A stretch of DNA of 56,962 nucleotides from a virus (taxonomy: Duplodnaviria; Caudoviricetes): the IMG/VR virus record IMGVR_UViG_3300043568_000719, positions 1-56,962 of that record. One strand, 5' to 3'. The notes below the pieces were generated by a model. That model made no database searches, was not told the DNA's origin, and saw only the letters and a list, made by a program, of their open reading frames with translations. A program made the position numbers and the translations under genes. Position 1 is the stretch's first letter. The number at the start of each line of letters is the position of its first letter. This document shows, one piece after another, positions 55,201-56,962 of this stretch.

Positions 55201-56962
55201 CCAGTAGGCTTGTCATAGATTATGTCATTGAACACTGTGCGATCATCAAATACAGTAACGTGTTCTTTTATTACATAATGCAGTCTTGCATAATAAATGC
55301 CGTCAGTGGTATTTGTGGTTTCTATATCTAGGGATTGAAAACTTCTATTAATGTTAAGGAATCTTGGAGCCAGCGGAGTTCCGTCTCCCTTGAGAATCTG
55401 ATAGTCATAAAAACCGTCAAGCAGATTGTCTGGTGTTCCTACAGGTATAGAAATTTTTAATTTTTGTGCAGATGGGCTTAGGGCAATAATAGCACCTAGG
55501 TCCCAATTGTGCTTAGACCAAAACATGAATTCTTTAGCAGCACTGAGCCAATCCTGGCTGGTAGCATTTTGAGGATCGTAACTATCAAATACAATACCCT
55601 GTGTTTTAAGATAGCTTTCATATCCTAACAATAGATCTACCACTTCCTGTATACTGGTCAGGAGTGTTCCATAACTGATTTGTTTTACAGTAATGGTGTT
55701 GAATATTCGTCTACGTTGCGCTTCGATTGCACCTATCTTAGGCACATTTCCTAATTTTTGCCATAGACTACGATCAAAGTCTCCGCTGCTGCGGTGAGTT
55801 TTTAATGCTCGATAAAAATTACTCTGATATCTTATCAAAGTACCGTTGTTATAATTCTTATCTTCTATCCAATCGGTAAATGCTTCACTGACTCCACCCA
55901 CGGAGATTACGGGATCTTTACTGCTGGCCTGAGCCGGATGATAGTTAAAGTAAGGATGAATATCGTCATACCCTGCTACAATCCAGCCGCCTGATGTTTT
56001 TTCTAATCTCACACCACTGTAACTAACTGTAGATACTGGACTACTAATGTTAAACACAATATCGTAATTTTCTGGAGGGATAAAGATACTGGAAGTAGTT
56101 GCCGAAGGATTTTTCGAATCTAACAAATATTTTTGCTGTTGTTGATCCACAAACCCGCTCATTCTAAAACTCAAGGCCACATCTAATTTTTCTATTTTAA
56201 CCTGCAGGCTATCCTTAGATAATCCTTGAGATGTAGTATAACTGGTTAGATATTTTACCAATCCAACTGCTGTAGAATCTGTCACGAAGGGTGCAATGTC
56301 TGCAATAGTCACAAACAACCCTGTGGTAGAATTTATGTACTGGTCTAATTTGTTTTTTATGATTCTTGATCTATCAAAATTGTCAGGGATATATTCGAAT
56401 GGTTTCATCAAACACATAGCGGTAACAATTGCATATGGCCATTCAGAACTAGATCTCCATGCGTACTCTGCTGGACTTACATCCCCTAATACAAACGGGC
56501 CGCGATTGTTGATTAATGAAAAATCCTGTGCAAGATTAGAATCCAGCGGACTCAGTAACTTTCCGTCACCGTCTACAGGGATGTGTGAAACAAGGCCGGG
56601 CCGCTTGTATCTGTCATATCTACCAGCTCGAACGCCTTGTCGAATTATTCCAGCTTCAAGGTCTTCCCATAAAACTAAATTGTTACTGGTATACGGTGCT
56701 GACCCGTATTCTGCCTGCCACCAAGAAGGTCGCTGACTAAACCCTAACATCTCCCAAGGGCAGCGATGCGGTCTATCAGTGTCATAGAAATGCTGATACA
56801 CTCCTCTCCACCAGCCAGGGATATTTTTAGTTTTAGTGGGGTCTGACATGTTGGAATACGTATAGGTAAATGAGTTTTCGCTGTCGAAATACTCATTTGT
56901 TGTATAATTGATATTGGTATTCTGAATCCATTTTAAAAAATCTTGTACCACAATCATATCTA
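46260..56962 (-). CDS. Giant virion structural protein (baseplate wedge-like), >3565 aa, 5'-truncated by the window edge
   Basis: Frame open to the window end; FG-GAP-like repeats, W-x4-Y-x2-G-x2-V modules, GSGY-x2-P repeats, YINEVKPFRT motif. Confidence 0.82.
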   Translation of the reverse strand, partial: DMIVVQDFLKWIQNTNINYTTNEYFDSENSFTYTYSNMSDPTKTKNIPGWWRGVYQHFYDTDRPHRCPWEMLGFSQRPSWWQAEYGSAPYTSNNLVLWEDLEAGIIRQGVRAGRYDRYKRPGLVSHIPVDGDGKLLSPLDSNLAQDFSLINNRGPFVLGDVSPAEYAWRSSSEWPYAIVTAMCLMKPFEYIPDNFDRSRIIKNKLDQYINSTTGLFVTIADIAPFVTDSTAVGLVKYLTSYTTSQGLSKDSLQVKIEKLDVALSFRMSGFVDQQQQKYLLDSKNPSATTSSIFIPPENYDIVFNISSPVSTVSYSGVRLEKTSGGWIVAGYDDIHPYFNYHPAQASSKDPVISVGGVSEAFTDWIEDKNYNNGTLIRYQSNFYRALKTHRSSGDFDRSLWQKLGNVPKIGAIEAQRRRIFNTITVKQISYGTLLTSIQEVVDLLLGYESYLKTQGIVFDSYDPQNATSQDWLSAAKEFMFWSKHNWDLGAIIALSPSAQKLKISIPVGTPDNLLDGFYDYQILKGDGTPLAPRFLNINRSFQSLDIETTNTTDGIYYARLHYVIKEHVTVFDDRTVFNDIIYDKPTGYRQGRIKMQAFRTVDWDGDYTSPGFLFDNVDIQIWQPFRDYKLGDIVSYKSYNWTSLVNQLGAEIFNDANWSKLDSKPVKQLVSNFDYKIKQFSDYFETSSQGLDQSQRELARHAIGYQQRDYLQNLAEDPVSQFQLYQGFIREKGTANSVTKIFNKLSRSGSDSVVLNEEWAFRLGQLGGTDQFSEIEIQLEKNKFKLNPQLHLVTANDTANVLDQYYRFTANDFTISPIPYTVDILPTTLDLEPEFTAGYVSSGQYQHVVGSLDQLTSLDITTVDENDHIWVTFNQDSWQVLRVNESPLLFVSEAVRIDDTTVTLTLNRPHSVTVDEYIGFREIVNLSGFFKVSAVTNTTITVVVSADVDDPELDSSTTVNIQLLTLARFADYAAVDQHPAALLKNKSTVFVDNNGDDLWEVVQKNKLYTAKTIEDFGTSSPLLAGSKVIYDNINKHIISSIPGSGFVNVYVETPTGLILKQIIAPPIGFFDIAIGSFGEKMAVSPDGKFLVVGAPIASGVINRYMGEWQTELAYEQGDIVLYGGRLYRALNANGNFAGLGDGSTQIAINSDDWIAHTTVIPAETSGRNTGYYQQGMVAVYEFISGRYVSVTAFVSPRPTDNEKFGSEITIGVNGNEYYLAVSAIGSYNNTGRVYLIKYTGTEWIHMENPLYKGIYNLFDSYKQGDIVWQAAQDPILETVRGNLWQSLDGSTSDGSTITLESQNWLKVNNISTHCSLPTNISVEDDGSTMEFTTTGLLTNAQKAELVKQGDLFGFSMAMNKDGSILVIGAPDSDGQYFANYRGVWRGDVEYVEGEVVRHRGSPGDAYQYYQLGDGLLGPDSTYRSYNEDPSDSANWQQVGDSTTTSSGKIFVYKKTAYDSYEFTQMINAATLASFTDIDSGLVISTGDQFGFSMDIDANGTMLAVASPRADVNYQDQGAVYVLELDQPVTEFRVKQRLQSYEIYTNEYFGFAVSVSPDGSKIAIGARNARTPFPVNFDLLEGTTFDNSRTRFYVEQGFTGGVYVFDKKDQTYFLTEKLDSDLQVDESFGHSIDCVGTKLLVGSPYHKNNITNTYQGIVRLFTASTSGASWTVLASQQPLVDLRKIKKIELYDNAKNVKIQDVDYIDAARGKILNIAEQEIKYKTPYDPAVYTIGTAEVVVDTTINWLEKNVGKLWWNIGTAKFQYAEQKDSAYRTGNWNQTVLGASVDVYEWVETVLLPNEWAALADTNAGLAQGISGQPLYPNNDVYSVKFFFSPTTGQVSETLYYYWVRSKAVTPANMPDRTRSAAEVADLIANPAGTGLAFVAFLQADKFLTYNFKSIMQSDTALINLQIRKNLESQIPVHNEYQLLTEGIADSLPSAPLENKWIDSLLGTDIAGNRIPDAALPAKQKYGIQYRPRQTMFVDRILALKIVIEYINNILRKETFAETIDFTNLNSVDAVPSSKLNLYDVAVDNDIDLQAVGTTNIKRAILRANLINGELDTIDIVDPGYGYKPRELFSQELPGVYLGPPVTISGDGVNATAVCHIDGQGRVIQAVVTNRGKKYSSINIQVRYFSVLVNADATLNDFWSVYSWDDTRKVYFRSKSQAFDTTKYWNKTDWNKDGYDTDLKIIKEFVSIYEIVDSQVLIGEIIKVKEYAAGGWAVFEKVSDTADLFLDRYSLISRQNGTIQLSSSLYDTGTIGVGFDNTQAFDTTTYDIENDQELRNIFTAIKQDIFIGDYAVEWNKLFFASIRHLLSEQQYVDWIFKTSFLNATHNIGAFEQKVNYKNDNLQSYQEYINEVKPFRTTVREYISRYDTPETYSSAATDFDLPPVYSVFDGRANPVNSSSAEISQYPWKWWADNNSYSVTAIEVYQQGSGYSTPPKVLIDGTGSGATAKAFISNGKVSSIQVLTTGSGYTAAPTVTLVGGNPTNAVQAKAVAIIGDAQVRTFDVSVKFDRISKTGIYNTFSQTQSFTATGSSAVFLLNYAPTNDKSKITISRTSAATNKTQVVLASEYTISLYYQPTDGYSLLRGKLIFNLAPTKNDTITVSYGKNITLFDAVNRINQSYAPKEGMIGKELNQLMTGIDFGGVQIQGTTFDVTGGWDALPWFTDNWDSVETSADYYFIVDGIRSFVDSTAIYLKDEIVEVNGVLYKALKNSVDTAGNVIIPIISQEWQLFWEIFTVRLPYVPAAGQKINIYIKRKDTNITVRVDDENYIQYGVDGSSILDSSTGVNPSAEMPTFVGNGITDGIQIGQYLLVNNEDTLIFRPIESDGSVSINDNNILDTRLTGGSLSSISGAYVTATGFTAEEIAITGGKFIDPTVVPAPEENVPGQVIESVSIKVYNNTVSGAASLHSNVKIANGTTTQFSIGQTVLENKSVFVYVDNTSRILDTDYTIDLQTNTVNFITAPLVDKLVEILSVGIGGVGILDYQSYIADGVTGLFLTNANYDNTSNIFVSVNGTQVDVGYRNSTNVIDAVGKTLVDFGIIPQAGDVVKIVCLEASADVDSSGLSLVQVNTQTFYYEGSTRSFDIDGFSELSRGSTLTAALVEVDGYLLKGPDTLYAVYDGSNNVFQLGTDPVEPGGSILPANLKVLVNDQLRTFIVDYTLDGPNKILTLNPLKLSIGDHIKIVNDLRAEYSIDGNTIAISASYPMTSVNETDNVPIIVTWFGEYPSMNIIQDENSGGRLQYQLSRPPIAMSYVWVYKNGHRLRQDKDYYVSLPRAVVYLTANSLPTDKIKIVNFSNNIFKLPSAYEIHKDMLNVFHYNRFSKAECKLAQALNYFDTSILVTNAAELSQPIASRNIPGVVFIDGERIEYMTKLGNTLGQLRRGAQGTSIAQIHAQGTAVVDVGYSEVIPYNETQQRTDFTSDGSTLLIGPLDFVPQKASRSGVWYRNTVPSTYGPCDQIEVFAGGRRLKKDPQAVYIEANGAASPAADETQEAEFSVDGATAQIRLTAALPAGTRVTVLRRQGKTWHSRGETTATDGVSLIDADTAIARFIVEKTTAIPE

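Noticed and set aside
368-56736. Numerous antisense and alternate-frame ORFs in the track (e.g. 2310..2624 -, 3881..4303 -, 40275..40682 +, 52870..53310 +)
   Set aside because: They lie within well-supported genes, lack SDs and motifs, and are expected shadows of codon bias.
1-56962. Possible stop-codon reassignment, since TAG stops are rare
   Set aside because: Genes tile the window intact under the standard code, and at least one gene (31695..32534) ends in TAG.
1-56962. CRISPR array, tRNA genes, integrase, transposase or diversity-generating retroelement
   Set aside because: No spaced repeats, cloverleaf, recombinase or reverse transcriptase motifs were seen, and intergenic space is minimal.
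1-56962. Impression of abundant GATC sites as a modification target
   Set aside because: It cannot be quantified by eye; an observed/expected k-mer count is needed before any claim.

Overview
The window is a gene-dense segment of a large, T4-superfamily-like (jumbo-type) tailed dsDNA phage. It uses the standard genetic code and shows no tRNA, CRISPR array or mobile element. A proteobacterial host is inferred from the ErpA-like gene and the sigma70-consensus promoters. There are two convergent arms meeting at 22816-22819. The + arm (1-22819) carries small charged putative head/internal proteins, an A-type Fe-S carrier, a family B DNA polymerase and a probable sliding clamp. These are followed by a dispersed 7-deazaguanine DNA-modification locus: a DpdA/TGT-fold protein, a QueD-paralog with LxxxHRHxF (DpdL-like), a GT-B glycosyltransferase, FolE and an atypical QueE, with no QueC or canonical QueD in the window. 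Interleaved are an MBD4-like glycosylase, a cupin, a purine PRTase, a HIT hydrolase and a CDGSH-like protein, then an RNase H/5'-3' exonuclease. The - arm (56962-22816) carries a giant (>3565 aa, truncated) baseplate-like protein, paralogous tail/tail-fibre genes and, directly downstream, an 11-kb glycan synthesis/tailoring cluster (about 5 glycosyltransferase-like proteins, an NDP-sugar 4,6-dehydratase, a radical SAM, a 2OG-Fe(II) oxygenase and two SGNH-like proteins). The two best candidates for undescribed systems are (i) a QueC-independent, possibly glycosylated 7-deazaguanine DNA modification and (ii) a late-expressed virion glycosylation pathway. All functional calls come from motif recognition by eye; no searches were run.
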